64,000 nt of DNA from NCBI GenBank assembly GCA_022652815.1, contig JALCRR010000002.1:46951-110950 (forward strand). The letters are read 5' to 3'. The translations under genes were made by a program, and so were the position numbers. This DNA is from Oscillibacter sp. (GTDB lineage: Bacteria > Bacillota > Clostridia > Oscillospirales > Oscillospiraceae). Of this stretch, positions 9,445-19,796 are shown piece after piece. How positions within the stretch are numbered: the first letter of the stretch is position 1; each line of letters opens with the position of its first letter. The notes under the pieces were generated by a model, which saw only the letters and a list, made by a program, of their open reading frames with translations, was not told the origin of the DNA and searched no databases.

Positions 9445-9876
9445 ATGGAAACCATCAAAGTCAAGTATTTTACCGACAAGATCGACAAGCTTTGCTACGT
9501 GGACGGAAAGTCCGACTGGATTGACCTCCACGCCGCGGAGGATGTCACGCTGAAGGCGGGCGAGTTTAAGCTTATCCCGCTGGGCATCGCCGTGGCGGTG
9601 CCGGAGGGCTATGAGGCGCATATTGTGCCGCGCTCCTCCACCTTTAAAAACTACGGGATTCTGCAGACCAACTCCATGGGTGTGGTGGACTACACCTATC
9701 GGGGCGACGGCGACCAGTGGTTTATGCCCGTGTATGCAACGCGGGATGTGTCCATTGACTGCAACGCCCGCATCTGTCAGTTCCGCATTATGAAAAACCA
9801 GCCCCAGATCAACTTTGAGCAGGTGGAACATCTGGATGCGCCTGACCGGGGCGGTTTCGGCTCCACGGGAAAATAA
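9445..9876 (+). CDS. dut: dUTP pyrophosphatase (trimeric)
   Basis: Motifs IDL, PRSS, NSMGVVD..YRG, RICQ, RGGFGSTG. Confidence 0.95.
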   Translation: METIKVKYFTDKIDKLCYVDGKSDWIDLHAAEDVTLKAGEFKLIPLGIAVAVPEGYEAHIVPRSSTFKNYGILQTNSMGVVDYTYRGDGDQWFMPVYATRDVSIDCNARICQFRIMKNQPQINFEQVEHLDAPDRGGFGSTGK

Positions 9877-9901
9877 GCGAATTCAAAGAAGGATTTATAC
9901 A

Positions 9902-10480
9902 ATGGCAAACATCGTACTGGCCTCCGGCTCTCCCCGGCGGCAGGAGCTTTTGCACCGCATGGGGATCGACAACTTTGATATTCGGGTTCCTCAGACGGAG
10001 GAGACGTACCCCGCAGGACTTTCGCCCCGGGAGACGGTGGAATATATCTCCCGAGAAAAATCCGACGCGGCGCGTGCGCTGTGTACGGACGATGAAATTC
10101 TGATTACGGCGGACACGATGGTGTTTTTGGACGACACGCGTCTGGGAAAGCCCAAGGACGAGGCGGACGCGCTGCGGATGCTGACCGCCCTGCAAGGGCG
10201 GCAGCACACTGTCTGCACCGGCGTCACCGTCCGCCAAGGCGATACCGTTTTGACCGAGAGCGAAGCCACCGAGGTGGTGTTTCGCCCGGCAACGCAGGTG
10301 GAGCTTTTGGGCTACATCCGCACAAAAGAGCCTATGGACAAGGCCGGCGCTTACGGCGTGCAGGGGCTTGGATCTCTTCTGGTGGAAGGCATCCGGGGGG
10401 ATTTTTACAACGTGATGGGGTTGCCGGTGCTGCGTCTTTCCCGCATGCTGCAATCCTTCGGCGTCACATTTTTCGATTGA
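9902..10480 (+). CDS. maf: Maf family nucleotide pyrophosphatase
   Basis: LASGSPRR, ADT, LGKP, DKAGAYGVQ, NVMGLP. Confidence 0.95.
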   Translation: MANIVLASGSPRRQELLHRMGIDNFDIRVPQTEETYPAGLSPRETVEYISREKSDAARALCTDDEILITADTMVFLDDTRLGKPKDEADALRMLTALQGRQHTVCTGVTVRQGDTVLTESEATEVVFRPATQVELLGYIRTKEPMDKAGAYGVQGLGSLLVEGIRGDFYNVMGLPVLRLSRMLQSFGVTFFD

Positions 10481-10490
10481 GGAGGCTGCC

Positions 10491-11330
10491 GTGAAAGATT
10501 TTCTAAAAAGGCACGGACTGTGGGTTTTGTTTGCTGCGGCTGTCATTGCCGTGACAGTCTCCGTGCTGTCCTATTTTTCCAACACCTCCTCCCCCCTGGC
10601 TAACATCACGGGCGTGATTACCTCGCCGTTTCGGACGGCCTATACCGCCGTTGCCGGGTGGTTTGGCGACAAGCAGAACTACTACGAGGACAACAAGGCC
10701 CTAAAAAAAGAAAACGCGGCCTTGAAAAAACAGATCGCCGAGATGGAGTCCCAGGTGCGGCAGGCACAGACCGACAGTGACGAGAACACCCGGCTGCGGG
10801 AGCTGCTGAACCTTCAGGAGAAGAACCCCGATTATCAGTATGAGACGGCCTCCATTACGGAGCATTCCAGCTCCAACTGGACCTCTTCCTTGACACTGAA
10901 CTGCGGAACCAACCGGGATATTGCGGTCAATGACTGCGTGATTACGGAGAGCGGCTATTTGGTGGGGATTGTCTCCCAGGTGGGGATGAACTGGTGCACG
11001 GTGCTGACCGTGCTGGACACGGACACCTCCCTTGGCGCGCAGGTATTTCGCACAGGCGCGATTGGCCTTGCGCAGGGAGACTTTAACCTAATGAGCGAGG
11101 GTACGCTGAAGCTGGGCTACCTCCCCGCAAGATGCTCCCTTTTAAACGGAGATCTGGTCGTCACTTCCGGCCTTGGCGGATATTATCCCGCAGGTCTTGT
11201 GATCGGCTCTGTGGACGAGGTGAAGATGGACGACGCCGGCTCTACCCAGTACGCCGTGCTGAAGCCCTCCGCCGATCTGGATTCCTTGAAAGAAGTTTTT
11301 ATCATCAAGTCCTTCGACTCGGCAAACTGA
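10491..11330 (+). CDS. mreC: Rod shape-determining protein MreC
   Basis: TM, coiled coil (L..EN..LR.LL), beta domain, GDLVVTSGLGG.YP.GL.IG.V. Confidence 0.92.
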   Translation: MKDFLKRHGLWVLFAAAVIAVTVSVLSYFSNTSSPLANITGVITSPFRTAYTAVAGWFGDKQNYYEDNKALKKENAALKKQIAEMESQVRQAQTDSDENTRLRELLNLQEKNPDYQYETASITEHSSSNWTSSLTLNCGTNRDIAVNDCVITESGYLVGIVSQVGMNWCTVLTVLDTDTSLGAQVFRTGAIGLAQGDFNLMSEGTLKLGYLPARCSLLNGDLVVTSGLGGYYPAGLVIGSVDEVKMDDAGSTQYAVLKPSADLDSLKEVFIIKSFDSAN

Positions 11331-11355
11331 CTGACGAAAGAGAGGCCCTGCTCCT

Positions 11356-11868
11356 TTGATTGGAAGATCTGAAACATTCATACGCTGGGCCCTGTTCGGT
11401 GCCGTCACGCTGCTTTTGCTGCTTTTGCAGGGCTTTGTGCTGCAGTTTGTGACCATCTGGGGCGTCATGCCGTTTCTCTACCCGGTGCTGGTGGCGGTTC
11501 TCGCCATGTGGGAGGGATCTGTCCCCGGCGCAGTCTACGGACTTGTTTTGGGACTTTTATGCGATTTGACGCTGCCCGGCCCCATTCCCTGTCTCTATAC
11601 GCTCATTTTCCCTCTGGTGGGTCTGTTTGCAGCCGTGCTTTCCAAAAGCTGGCTGCCAGCGGGCTTTTGGTGCTCACTGGTGGTTTCCGTGCTGGCCTTT
11701 GTGCTCACGGATGCCGCCCACGTTGTCTTACTGGCAGCAAGAGGCCATGCTGCCTGGAGCGCAGCTGCTCTGACCGCCGGGAAAGAGACGCTGGCCACTT
11801 TGCTCTTTGTTCCGGTGGTCTATCTCGTTTTTCGATCCATTCATCGGCTTTGTCATCGGGACGACTGA
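11356..11868 (+). CDS. mreD: Rod shape-determining protein MreD
   Basis: 170-aa polytopic membrane protein between mreC and a class B PBP; GLVLGLLCD pattern. Confidence 0.8.
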   Translation: MIGRSETFIRWALFGAVTLLLLLLQGFVLQFVTIWGVMPFLYPVLVAVLAMWEGSVPGAVYGLVLGLLCDLTLPGPIPCLYTLIFPLVGLFAAVLSKSWLPAGFWCSLVVSVLAFVLTDAAHVVLLAARGHAAWSAAALTAGKETLATLLFVPVVYLVFRSIHRLCHRDD

Positions 11869-11942
11869 AGCTGTGCTGCCGCGAAACGCGGAAGCACGCT
11901 GACGCGTGACGGTGCTCTGGTTTTTCTCCAAGGAGGATTTTC

Positions 11943-14012
11943 ATGATCAGTCAACAAAATGAGCGGCAGACAAGCCACGGACGCCTTTATATTCTGGGCG
12001 GCTTTTTGCTGGTGGTGCTTGCCCTATATATCGGCGTGCTGTACAATACGCAAGTAGTTCACGGGGCCGAATATCTGGAGCAGTCCGTCCGCACCATCAC
12101 GCTGAAGGAAACGGTGGAGGCCTCTCGCGGCATTATCACCGACCGCAGCGGTGTAGCCATGGTTTCCAACCGGCAGACCTACAACCTAACGTTTGACGCC
12201 AGTCTGCTCGGCGAAGAGGACAACGAAAATGCCTGCGTCCTGCGACTGATTCAGCTCTGTAAAGAGAAGGGTCTTTCCTGGGAGGACAACCTGCCCATCA
12301 GCAAAACCGCGCCCTGGGCCTATTCTTTGGATGCGGCGGGAGACACACAGAAAAGCCGCCTTGTCAGCGTTTTGCGGGATTTAAAGCTGGTGTCGGCAGA
12401 CATTACATCCAGCGCCGTAACCGAAAAAATGCTCTCTTCCGCAGGTCTGACCGCCGATGTGCTGATGGCGACTCTGCGCGAAAAGTTTGAAATTCCCGCC
12501 GACTGGAGCGATACCGATGCCCGGAATGTACTGGGCGTCCTCTACGAGCTGCAAGTGCGAGAGCTGAACAACACCACCGCATATATCATGGTGGAGGACA
12601 TTGACTCCGCCACGGTTGCGCTGCTCAACGACGGCGATTATGCCGGCGCCAAGGTTGTTTCCGCCTCTGCCCGGCAGTATGAGACCACGTATGCCGCCCA
12701 CATTTTGGGTACTGTAGGTCAGATTTATGCCGAGGACAAGGCGCAATACGTGGAAAAGGGCTATGATCTGAACTCTCTGGTGGGAAAATCCGGCGTGGAA
12801 GCCGCTTTTGAGGACTATCTGCGCGGTACCAACGGCACCCGGGTGGTCTCCACCAACTCCGACGGAAAGATTACCAGCGAACTGTACTCCAAAGAGCCGC
12901 AGCCCGGTGACACCGTGGAACTTACCATCGACCTAAACCTGCAAAAAGCCGTGGAGGATTCTCTGGCTTCCACCGTTTCTACCATGACGGCCAAGGACGG
13001 CATTACCCGCGGCGCAGGCGCAGCAGTCGTTCAAGTAGGCACCGGCGAGATTCTGGCGCTGGCCTCCTACCCCACCTATGACCCCGCCACCTACAATTCC
13101 GATTATCAAGCTCTGTCCGCGGACCCGGCAAAGCCCATCTTTAACCGCGCCACCCAGGGCACCTATGCCCCCGGCTCCACGTTTAAGCCCTGCACCGCCA
13201 TTGCCGGATTGGAAGAAGGCGTGATTTCCACCTCCACCACCATTCGAGACACCGGTAAATGGTACTATCCCGGTGCCGCTACCGGCGACTATTTTTACTG
13301 CTGGAACCACAGCGGCCACGGCCTGCTGAACGTCAGTCAAGCCATTACCAATTCCTGCAACTACTTTTTCGGTCAGGTCGGCTATATGCTGGGCCTTGAC
13401 AAGCTGAATTCCTACGCCTCCGCCTTTGGACTGGGACAGCATACCGGCATTGAAATCGGAGACAGCGCCGGCACGCTGGCAACCGAGGAAGCCGGTCAAG
13501 ATCTGGCCCCGTGGGCCGCTTTCGGTCAGGCCAACTATCTGGCCACGCCCCTGCAGCTTTCCAACTATATCGCAACGCTGGTCTCCGGCGGCGAGCACTA
13601 CCCCGCCCACCTTTTGAAGGAAGTCAAGTCCTACGACAATTCTCAAGTGGTCTATGTGGAGCCGGGCGATCCCGAAAACAACATGAACATCAGCTCAAAT
13701 AACCTAAATGCCGTCAAGCTAGGCATGCATAACTTGACCACCACCGGCTCCCTTTCTAGCTACTTTAAAAGCTGTGTAGTGGAAGCCGGCGCCAAAACCG
13801 GCACCGCGCAGGTGTCCTCCCAGAAGGTAAACAACGGTGTGTTCGTGTGCTTTGCCCCCTACGACGATCCCCAGGTTGCACTGGCCATTGTCATTGAGAA
13901 GGGCGGCTCCGGTTCCGCGCTGGCGTCCACTGCCGTGAATATTTTAAACGCCTATTTCACCGCCGACCAGATCGGCACGGCGGTGCTGTCGGAAAATCAG
14001 CTGCTAAGCTGA
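11943..14012 (+). CDS. mrdA: Class B penicillin-binding protein 2
   Basis: N-terminal TM; RGII.DR.G; transpeptidase motifs STFK, SCN, KTG. Confidence 0.9.
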   Translation: MISQQNERQTSHGRLYILGGFLLVVLALYIGVLYNTQVVHGAEYLEQSVRTITLKETVEASRGIITDRSGVAMVSNRQTYNLTFDASLLGEEDNENACVLRLIQLCKEKGLSWEDNLPISKTAPWAYSLDAAGDTQKSRLVSVLRDLKLVSADITSSAVTEKMLSSAGLTADVLMATLREKFEIPADWSDTDARNVLGVLYELQVRELNNTTAYIMVEDIDSATVALLNDGDYAGAKVVSASARQYETTYAAHILGTVGQIYAEDKAQYVEKGYDLNSLVGKSGVEAAFEDYLRGTNGTRVVSTNSDGKITSELYSKEPQPGDTVELTIDLNLQKAVEDSLASTVSTMTAKDGITRGAGAAVVQVGTGEILALASYPTYDPATYNSDYQALSADPAKPIFNRATQGTYAPGSTFKPCTAIAGLEEGVISTSTTIRDTGKWYYPGAATGDYFYCWNHSGHGLLNVSQAITNSCNYFFGQVGYMLGLDKLNSYASAFGLGQHTGIEIGDSAGTLATEEAGQDLAPWAAFGQANYLATPLQLSNYIATLVSGGEHYPAHLLKEVKSYDNSQVVYVEPGDPENNMNISSNNLNAVKLGMHNLTTTGSLSSYFKSCVVEAGAKTGTAQVSSQKVNNGVFVCFAPYDDPQVALAIVIEKGGSGSALASTAVNILNAYFTADQIGTAVLSENQLLS

Positions 14013-14049
14013 TGGAACATCCATATATTTCCAGAAAGGATTTCCCCGC

Positions 14050-15927
14050 ATGAGTGAGCAATTTGTGTTTGATTCCCGCTGTGAGCTGTGCAAGGCCCCC
14101 TATGGGGCCGTGACGTGCGCCGCAGCCGTTACCTATCACCTGCGCCCTCTGGCCACAGAGGGCTTTTCCCATTGTTCCATTATTTTCCGGGAGGAATTTT
14201 CCGGGAAAACGACGCAAACCGAGCTTTTTCGGGACGGCGCCGATGGGGAGCGCATTCGCTTTACCGGTACTGTCCCCGCGCCGCAGCAGCCGGAGCTGGT
14301 GTGGTATCACTTCCGCTTCTGGCGAGAGGATGGTTCCGGGTGCCTGCTGGATCGATCCGGCTATCACAGCGAAGGCAGCGTCCAGGAGTGGCAGTTGACC
14401 GTTTACGACGATAGCGCCGAAACCCCTGCCTGGTTTGGCGAGGGCGTCACCTATCAGATTTTTCCTGACCGGTTCTGCCGTCTGGAAACGCCGAAATGCG
14501 ACAGTCTGATTGGGAACCGAGCGATCCATGAAAATTGGGACGAGACCCCCGAATGGCGGCCTGATCCGGACGGTGAGATCCGCTGCCGGGACTTCTTTGG
14601 TGGGTCTCTGGCGGGCATCTGCTCCCGGCTGGACGATCTGGCCGCGCTAGGCGTGACCACGCTCTACCTCAATCCGATTTTTTATTCCGCCTCCAACCAC
14701 CGCTACAACACGGCGGACTATCGCCGCATTGATCCCATGCTGGGCACAGAGGACGATTTCCGCACACTCTGCGCCGAGGCCCATCGCCGGGGCATGCGGG
14801 TGATTTTGGACGGTGTTTTTAACCACACTGGCTCCGATAGCATCTACTTCAACGCAGACGGGCACTTTCCCGAACTGGGCGCCGCCCAGAGTCAAGATAG
14901 CCGCTATGCCGGCTGGTACCACTTCTCCCACTGGCCGGATCAGTATGACGCCTGGTGGGGCATCCGCACCCTTCCCGCTGTGGAGGAGAGCAATCCGGAC
15001 TACCGGGCGTTTATCGCCGGCGGCGAGGATTCCGTGGTGCGCCATTGGCTCAATGCCGGGGCAGACGGCTGGCGTCTGGACGTGGCCGATGAGCTGCCGG
15101 ACGATTTTATTTCCGACATTCGCACAGCGGTTACACAGACAAAGCCCGACGGGTTGCTGCTGGGCGAGGTTTGGGAGGACGGCTCCAATAAGATTGCCTA
15201 TTCCCAGCGGCGCAAATACCTGCTTGGCAGCGAGACCCACGGTCTGATGAATTATCCCTTTCGCACCGCCGCCCTCGCCTGGCTGCAGGGCGGCAGCGCC
15301 CTTGATTTCTGCGAGGCCATGGAAACCATCCGGGAACACTATCCCCGCCCGGCGTTTTACGCGGCGATGAATTTTCTTGGCACCCACGACACGCCCCGGA
15401 TTCTCTCCCTGCTGGGCAGCGCAGCCGTTCCCTCTGATCGGGACGGGCGGGCGCACTTCCGTCTCAGCGCGGAGGAATATGCCCGTGGACAGGCGCTTTT
15501 GAAGTTGGCAGCCGTGCTGCTGTTCGCCTTTCCCGGCTCCCCCACCATATTTTACGGTGACGAGGCCGGTGTGCAGGGCTTTGAGGACCCCTTTAACCGG
15601 GGTACCTACCCATGGGGGCATGAGGACGATGCGCTGAGAAGCTGGTACCGGCTTCTGGGAAAGCTGCGGCATGAGCGCGTGTCCCTCCGGCGGGGTGAGC
15701 TGCGGTGGCTGTGTGTGCAGGGCCGCGCGATGGCCTTTTTGCGGGAGGTCGACGGTGAGCAGACGGTTGCCGTGTTGAATGCCGGGGACGAACCGACCAC
15801 CGTGGAGTTTCAGTGGGACGGCGGGGCTCTCCGGGATGCGCTGTCCGGCACAGAGTTGACGCCGGTAGATGGCAAACTTATCTTTGCTCTGGCTCCCCGA
15901 TCCAGTATGCTGTTTGCAAATCAGTAA
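14050..15927 (+). CDS. GH13 neopullulanase/cyclomaltodextrinase-type glycoside hydrolase (cytoplasmic)
   Basis: Regions DGVFNH, GWRLDVADE, GEVWE, FLGTHD; no signal peptide. Confidence 0.92.
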   Translation: MSEQFVFDSRCELCKAPYGAVTCAAAVTYHLRPLATEGFSHCSIIFREEFSGKTTQTELFRDGADGERIRFTGTVPAPQQPELVWYHFRFWREDGSGCLLDRSGYHSEGSVQEWQLTVYDDSAETPAWFGEGVTYQIFPDRFCRLETPKCDSLIGNRAIHENWDETPEWRPDPDGEIRCRDFFGGSLAGICSRLDDLAALGVTTLYLNPIFYSASNHRYNTADYRRIDPMLGTEDDFRTLCAEAHRRGMRVILDGVFNHTGSDSIYFNADGHFPELGAAQSQDSRYAGWYHFSHWPDQYDAWWGIRTLPAVEESNPDYRAFIAGGEDSVVRHWLNAGADGWRLDVADELPDDFISDIRTAVTQTKPDGLLLGEVWEDGSNKIAYSQRRKYLLGSETHGLMNYPFRTAALAWLQGGSALDFCEAMETIREHYPRPAFYAAMNFLGTHDTPRILSLLGSAAVPSDRDGRAHFRLSAEEYARGQALLKLAAVLLFAFPGSPTIFYGDEAGVQGFEDPFNRGTYPWGHEDDALRSWYRLLGKLRHERVSLRRGELRWLCVQGRAMAFLREVDGEQTVAVLNAGDEPTTVEFQWDGGALRDALSGTELTPVDGKLIFALAPRSSMLFANQ

Positions 15928-15933
15928 AGCAAA

Positions 15934-15969
15934 AATGTCTGTCCTGCGAAAGCAGGGCGGGCATTTTTT
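15934..15969 (+). terminator. Intrinsic terminator
   Basis: AATGTCTGTCCTGC-GAAA-GCAGGGCGGGCATT plus T-run. Confidence 0.75.
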
Positions 15970-15972
15970 CAA

Positions 15973-15988
15973 TGTTTCACGTGAAACA
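15973..15988. promoter_or_regulatory. parS centromere site
   Basis: Perfect palindrome TGTTTCACGTGAAACA upstream of parA. Confidence 0.95.
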
Positions 15989-16074
15989 TTAATGGCAATT
16001 TGCCTAATAAAATGGCACTGGCAGCGATTTGAAAAACATTTCTTCTTACAATCCGCCTTTTTCTCCGTTTTTTC

Positions 16075-16103
16075 TTGCAAGTGCCTTGTGCGGGCGCTAT
16101 AAT
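16075..16103 (+). promoter_or_regulatory. sigma-A promoter of parAB
   Basis: TTGCAA-17-TATAAT. Confidence 0.75.
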
Positions 16104-16145
16104 GAATTGATTCGTATCGAGATTTTTGGAAAGCAGGTGCCTTCT

Positions 16146-16901
16146 TTGGCTAAAACCGTTGCAATCGTAAATCAAAAGGGCGGCGTGGGCAAAACGACCA
16201 CCTGTGTCAACTTGACCGCAGCTCTCCGCGAGGCGGGCAAGCGTGTGCTGCTGTGCGATTTTGACCCGCAGGCCAACTCCACTTCCGGCATGGGCGTGGA
16301 CAAATCCGTGTCCCTCGGCGTCTATGACGTACTGGTGAGAGAAAGCCAGACCCGGGACGTCATTGTGAAAACAAAGTTTGGCGATGTGCTGCCCTCCAAC
16401 AAAGCTCTGGCAGGCGCCGGCATTGAGCTGATTAATATGGACCACCGCGAGTTTCTCTTGAAAAATGCGCTTGAACAGGTTGCCGACCTGTATGACTTTA
16501 TTTTCATTGACTGCCCCCCTTCCCTGGAGCTTTTGACACTGAACGCCTTGTGCGCCGCCGATTCGATTCTGGTGCCGGTGCAGGGCGAGTATTTTGCGCT
16601 GGAGGGGCTGAGCGATTTAATGAACACCGTGCGGATTGTGCGGCGTTCGCTGAATCCGAATCTGGAGCTGGAGGGTGTGCTGCTGACGATGTTTGACGGA
16701 CGCACCAATCTGGCGCTTCAAGTGGCCGAGGAGGTCAAGCACTACTTCCCCGGCAAGGTCTACGCCACGGTGATTCCGCGGAACGTGCGGCTTTCCGAGG
16801 CTCCCAGCCACGGAAAACCCATCTTTACATATGACCGGACTTCCCGGGGCGCAGAGGCCTACACCGCCTTTGGGCAGGAATTCCTGCGAAAAAACAACTG
16901 A
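16146..16901 (+). CDS. parA: Chromosome partitioning ATPase ParA/Soj
   Basis: NQKGGVGKTTT; DFDPQANST; IDCPPSL; IPRNVRLSEAPSHG. TTG start inferred. Confidence 0.95.
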   Translation: MAKTVAIVNQKGGVGKTTTCVNLTAALREAGKRVLLCDFDPQANSTSGMGVDKSVSLGVYDVLVRESQTRDVIVKTKFGDVLPSNKALAGAGIELINMDHREFLLKNALEQVADLYDFIFIDCPPSLELLTLNALCAADSILVPVQGEYFALEGLSDLMNTVRIVRRSLNPNLELEGVLLTMFDGRTNLALQVAEEVKHYFPGKVYATVIPRNVRLSEAPSHGKPIFTYDRTSRGAEAYTAFGQEFLRKNN

Positions 16902-16923
16902 TTTTCCGAAAGGAGAATATCTT

Positions 16924-17814
16924 ATGGCATCGAAAAAACCATCCGGCCTCGGACGGGGTCTGGGCGCTCTGCTGGGCGACGACGTTTTAAAAACGGAATC
17001 CACCGGTGCGTTGAGCGTGCCTATTTCACAAGTGGAGAACTGTTCCTCCCAGCCACGCAAGCAGTTTGACGAGGACGCGCTTTCCGACTTGGCCGATTCC
17101 ATCCGGGAACACGGCATTATCCAACCGTTGACGGTGCGGAAGCTGGCTTCCGGCTACTATCAGATCATTGCAGGCGAGCGCCGCTGGCGCGCTGCCCGTC
17201 TGGCGGGGCTTTCCGAGGTTCCCGTCATTGTCATGGAAGCCGACGACCGCAAGGCCGCGGAGCTTGCCATGATTGAAAACCTTCAGCGGGAAGACTTGAA
17301 TCCCATGGAGGAAGCGGCAGGCTATCAGTCGCTGATTGACAGCTATCACATGACGCAGGAGGAAGCAGCCAAGCGGGTCGGCAAGTCCCGCAGCGCTGTG
17401 ACCAACGCCCTGCGACTTCTCTCCCTCTCCCCCGATGTGAGAAAGCTACTGGAGGAAGGCAAGCTGTCCGCAGGCCATGCCCGGGCGCTTCTTCCGCTGA
17501 AAGCCGCCCAGCAGACGGCAGCCGCTAAAGCGATTCTCGCCGACGGGCTCTCCGTCCGGCAGACCGAGGCGCTTGCAAAGCGTCTAGCCAGTGAGAAGAA
17601 GGCTCCGGCGAAAAAGCAGGGCGTAAACGGTGTGGATTACGCCGCAGAAGCGCAGAAAGAGCTGGCCGGGCATCTGGGTCGCGGCGTGAAGATTGTCACC
17701 GGCAAAAAGAAGGGCCGCATCGAGCTGGAATATTACGGTCTGGACGATTTGAATGAACTTTTGGAAGCACTGTCCGTGCTGAAGGTTAAAAAAGCCGCAA
17801 AAGGCGGAAAATAA
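16924..17814 (+). CDS. parB: Chromosome partitioning protein ParB/Spo0J
   Basis: GLGRGLGALL ParA-activating peptide; GERRWRA; ENLQREDLNP; GKSRSAVTNALRLL; SAGHARALL. Confidence 0.95.
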   Translation: MASKKPSGLGRGLGALLGDDVLKTESTGALSVPISQVENCSSQPRKQFDEDALSDLADSIREHGIIQPLTVRKLASGYYQIIAGERRWRAARLAGLSEVPVIVMEADDRKAAELAMIENLQREDLNPMEEAAGYQSLIDSYHMTQEEAAKRVGKSRSAVTNALRLLSLSPDVRKLLEEGKLSAGHARALLPLKAAQQTAAAKAILADGLSVRQTEALAKRLASEKKAPAKKQGVNGVDYAAEAQKELAGHLGRGVKIVTGKKKGRIELEYYGLDDLNELLEALSVLKVKKAAKGGK

Positions 17815-17830
17815 CAGGCATGTGCCTTGA

Positions 17831-18385
17831 TTGGAAAGGAACGGTTGCAAGTTGAAATTTGAAACAAGAAGCAGCGGTGCGCCGGAACCGCAGCCGAAGG
17901 GCTCCGAAACGCCGCAGAAAACCACCGGAAAAAAGCCGGTTGTCGTCTATATCATGATTCTCTTCATTGTTGCGTTTGTGCTGATGGCAGTTTCCTTTGT
18001 GATGCACCAGCGCAGCAATTCCGAGGTCGTCGGCAAGCTGCAGGATTCCGTCAGCGCCCTGCAGGAGGTGCAGAAAACCGAGGACCGCAACCAGCAGCTT
18101 CAGGATGAGCTGGACGCCGCGCAGAAGCAGGTCGCGGATTTGCAGTCCCAGCTGGATCAGGCAACCACTGCCGGAGAGGCTGCCGAGCAGAGAATTCTTG
18201 CGCTGACATCGCTCTACACCTTGCAGCAGCAGTATGCCGGGCAGAACTTTGACGAATGCAAGAACACCATTGAAAGCATGGAAGATCAGGGATTGGACAA
18301 GCTGCTCTCCGCCGATGCAGGTGATGGCATTACCTCCCCCGCGCAGCGGTATTTGCAGCTGCGGGAGGCCGTGCAGAGCAAGTAA
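17831..18385 (+). CDS. Hypothetical single-TM coiled-coil protein
   Basis: TM helix (VVVYIMILFIVAFVLMAVSFVM) followed by a Q/E-rich coiled coil; between parB and serS. Start uncertain. Confidence 0.7.
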   Translation: MERNGCKLKFETRSSGAPEPQPKGSETPQKTTGKKPVVVYIMILFIVAFVLMAVSFVMHQRSNSEVVGKLQDSVSALQEVQKTEDRNQQLQDELDAAQKQVADLQSQLDQATTAGEAAEQRILALTSLYTLQQQYAGQNFDECKNTIESMEDQGLDKLLSADAGDGITSPAQRYLQLREAVQSK

Positions 18386-18401
18386 TGTTTCACGTGAAAC
18401 A
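18386..18401. promoter_or_regulatory. parS centromere site
   Basis: Perfect palindrome TGTTTCACGTGAAACA directly after the stop of the hypothetical gene. Confidence 0.95.
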
Positions 18402-18488
18402 TCGCCGGAGTTGGCTTTGTCCACTCTGCTTTCCCCAGAATTGAGAAGGCTTTAAAATTACAACAAAATGATATAAGGAGTAAATATC

Positions 18489-19796
18489 ATGCTGGACATT
18501 AAATTTGTTCGGGAGAATCCGGACGCCGTCAAGGAAAATATTAAGAAGAAATTTCAAGACAGCAAGCTTCCCCTGGTGGACGAGGTCATTGAGTTGGACG
18601 CAAAGCGCCGCGCCGGCATTGCCGAGGCAGATCAGCTTCGCGCCGACCGCAATACCCTCTCCAAAAAAGTCGGTATGCTGATGGGACAGGCCAAAAAGGA
18701 CCCCAGCAAGATGGCTGAGGCCGAGGCTGTCAAAAAGCAGGTGACGGACAACGCCGCCCGTCTTGCCGAGCTTGAAAAGGAAGAGGCTGCTGTGGACGAG
18801 GAAATCCGCAAGCGCATGATGGTCATTCCCCAGATGATTGATGACACCGTGCCTCTGGGCCCGGATGATTCCTGCAACGTGGAAGTTCAGCGTTTTGGTG
18901 AGCCGGTGGTACCCGACTTCGAGATTCCCTACCACACGGAAATTATGGAGAGCTTCAACGGCATCGACATGGACGCCGCTGGCCGTGTCTCCGGCAACGG
19001 TTTTTACTATCTGCTGGGCGACATTGCCCGCCTGCATGAGGCCGTTTTGGCCTATGGCCGCGACTTTATGATCGACAAGGGCTTCACCTACTGCATTCCC
19101 CCTTTCATGATTCACGGCAACGTGGTGGAGGGCGTCATGTCCCAGACGGATATGGACGGCATGATGTACAAGATTGAGGGTGAGGACCTCTATCTGATCG
19201 GCACATCCGAGCACTCCATGATTGGCCGGTTTATCGACCAGGTTGTCCCCGTGGATTCCCTGCCCCAGACGCTGACCTCCTACTCCCCCTGCTTCCGCAA
19301 GGAAAAGGGCGCGCACGGTATCGAGGAGCGCGGCATTTACCGCATTCATCAGTTTGAAAAGCAGGAAATGATCGTCGTCTGCAAGCCCGAGGATTCCAAG
19401 GCCTGGTATGAGCAGCTGTGGAAATACTCCGTGGAGCTGTTCCGCAGTATGGATGTTCCCGTTCGTCAACTGGAGTGCTGCTCCGGTGATCTGGCCGACC
19501 TAAAATGCAAGTCCTGCGACATCGAGGCCTGGTCTCCGCGTCAGCAGAAATATTTTGAGGTTTGCTCCTGCTCCAACCTGGGTGATGCCCAGGCACGCCG
19601 GCTGAAAATCCGCTACAAGGATGAAAGCGGCAAGATGCAGCTATGCCACACGCTGAACAACACCTGCGTGGCGCCTCCCCGGATGCTGATTGCCCTGCTG
19701 GAAAATAATTTGCAAGCAGACGGCACCGTGCTGGTCCCGAAGGTTTTGCAGCCTTACATGGGCGGCAAGGAGAAGCTGGTTCCCAGCAAGAAGTAA
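18489..19796 (+). CDS. serS: Serine--tRNA ligase
   Basis: MLDIKFVREN; N-terminal coiled coil; GTSEH; CFRKE.G; HQFEKQE; HTLNNT. Confidence 0.97.
   Translation: MLDIKFVRENPDAVKENIKKKFQDSKLPLVDEVIELDAKRRAGIAEADQLRADRNTLSKKVGMLMGQAKKDPSKMAEAEAVKKQVTDNAARLAELEKEEAAVDEEIRKRMMVIPQMIDDTVPLGPDDSCNVEVQRFGEPVVPDFEIPYHTEIMESFNGIDMDAAGRVSGNGFYYLLGDIARLHEAVLAYGRDFMIDKGFTYCIPPFMIHGNVVEGVMSQTDMDGMMYKIEGEDLYLIGTSEHSMIGRFIDQVVPVDSLPQTLTSYSPCFRKEKGAHGIEERGIYRIHQFEKQEMIVVCKPEDSKAWYEQLWKYSVELFRSMDVPVRQLECCSGDLADLKCKSCDIEAWSPRQQKYFEVCSCSNLGDAQARRLKIRYKDESGKMQLCHTLNNTCVAPPRMLIALLENNLQADGTVLVPKVLQPYMGGKEKLVPSKK

Noticed and set aside
14647-16080. 477-aa minus-strand ORF and similar long shadow ORFs (24010-25263, 27584-28897, 40961-42019, 45707-47251, 48005-49504, 61765-63669)
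   Set aside because: Antisense to well-supported genes in GC-rich DNA, with no recognisable motifs.
18402-18488. T-box upstream of serS
   Set aside because: Only 87 bp with no UGGN-ACC bulge or terminator.
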